The translations under genes were made by a program, and so were the position numbers. The notes beneath the pieces were generated by a model. It made no database searches. It worked only from the letters and a program-made list of their open reading frames with translations, and was not told the DNA's origin. From the NCBI GenBank assembly GCA_030141605.1, contig JAQGDQ010000016.1, forward strand, positions 932,282 through 996,281: a DNA stretch of 64,000 nt, read 5' to 3'. This document shows, in pieces, positions 63,926-64,000 of the stretch. The DNA comes from Tubiluchus corallicola. Taxonomy: Eukaryota; Animalia; Priapulida. The first letter of the stretch is position 1; every line of letters starts with the position of its first letter.

Positions 63926-64000
63926 TTGGGTTGTGTGGCCGAGTGGTTTACATTTCAGAATGCAGCCACGTAGTCTTGAGTTCGAGACTAGTGGCTGCTA
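63926..64000 (+). mobile_element. tRNA-derived SINE head (truncated by the window end)
   Basis: Pol III A box TGGCCGAGTGG and B box GTTCGAGAC at tRNA-like spacing, without intact cloverleaf stems. Confidence 0.6.

Noticed and set aside
63926-64000. Functional tRNA gene
   Set aside because: A and B boxes are present but the acceptor and anticodon stems do not pair; a SINE head is more likely.

Overview
AT-rich, intron-rich animal (invertebrate-like) nuclear DNA; no prokaryotic features or CRISPR array. Contents, left to right: (1) a nearly complete but disabled CR1/L2-group LINE whose single long frame fuses a PHD finger to AP-endonuclease and reverse transcriptase (21-3840); (2) TE debris and a (GA)n tract; (3) a complete vigilin/HDLBP gene on + (23 coding exons 19452-35158, about 1273 aa, with a probable ~10 kb 5' leader starting near 9.2 kb); (4) a complete mitochondrial CLPX gene on - (12 constitutive coding exons 48619-39073, about 639 aa), tail-to-tail with vigilin; (5) a two-exon mitochondrial ribosomal protein bL34m/MRPL34 gene on + (50438-54662), head-to-head with CLPX; (6) the 3' part of a dual oxidase (DUOX) gene on - (11 exons, 63287-55267), which runs off the window. 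Introns carry MITEs (Tc1/mariner-type, hAT, Harbinger-like), a Helentron-associated-like element, SINEs and decayed LINEs. Most notable: a frame-preserving 192-nt candidate cassette exon in CLPX flanked by clustered RBFOX motifs, an obligatory weak GC-AG intron in DUOX, a possible His-rich overlapping uORF on CLPX, and a 5S-like SINE family. All exon boundaries were derived by hand from GT/AG signals, reading-frame continuity and recalled homology, not from alignments or RNA data.
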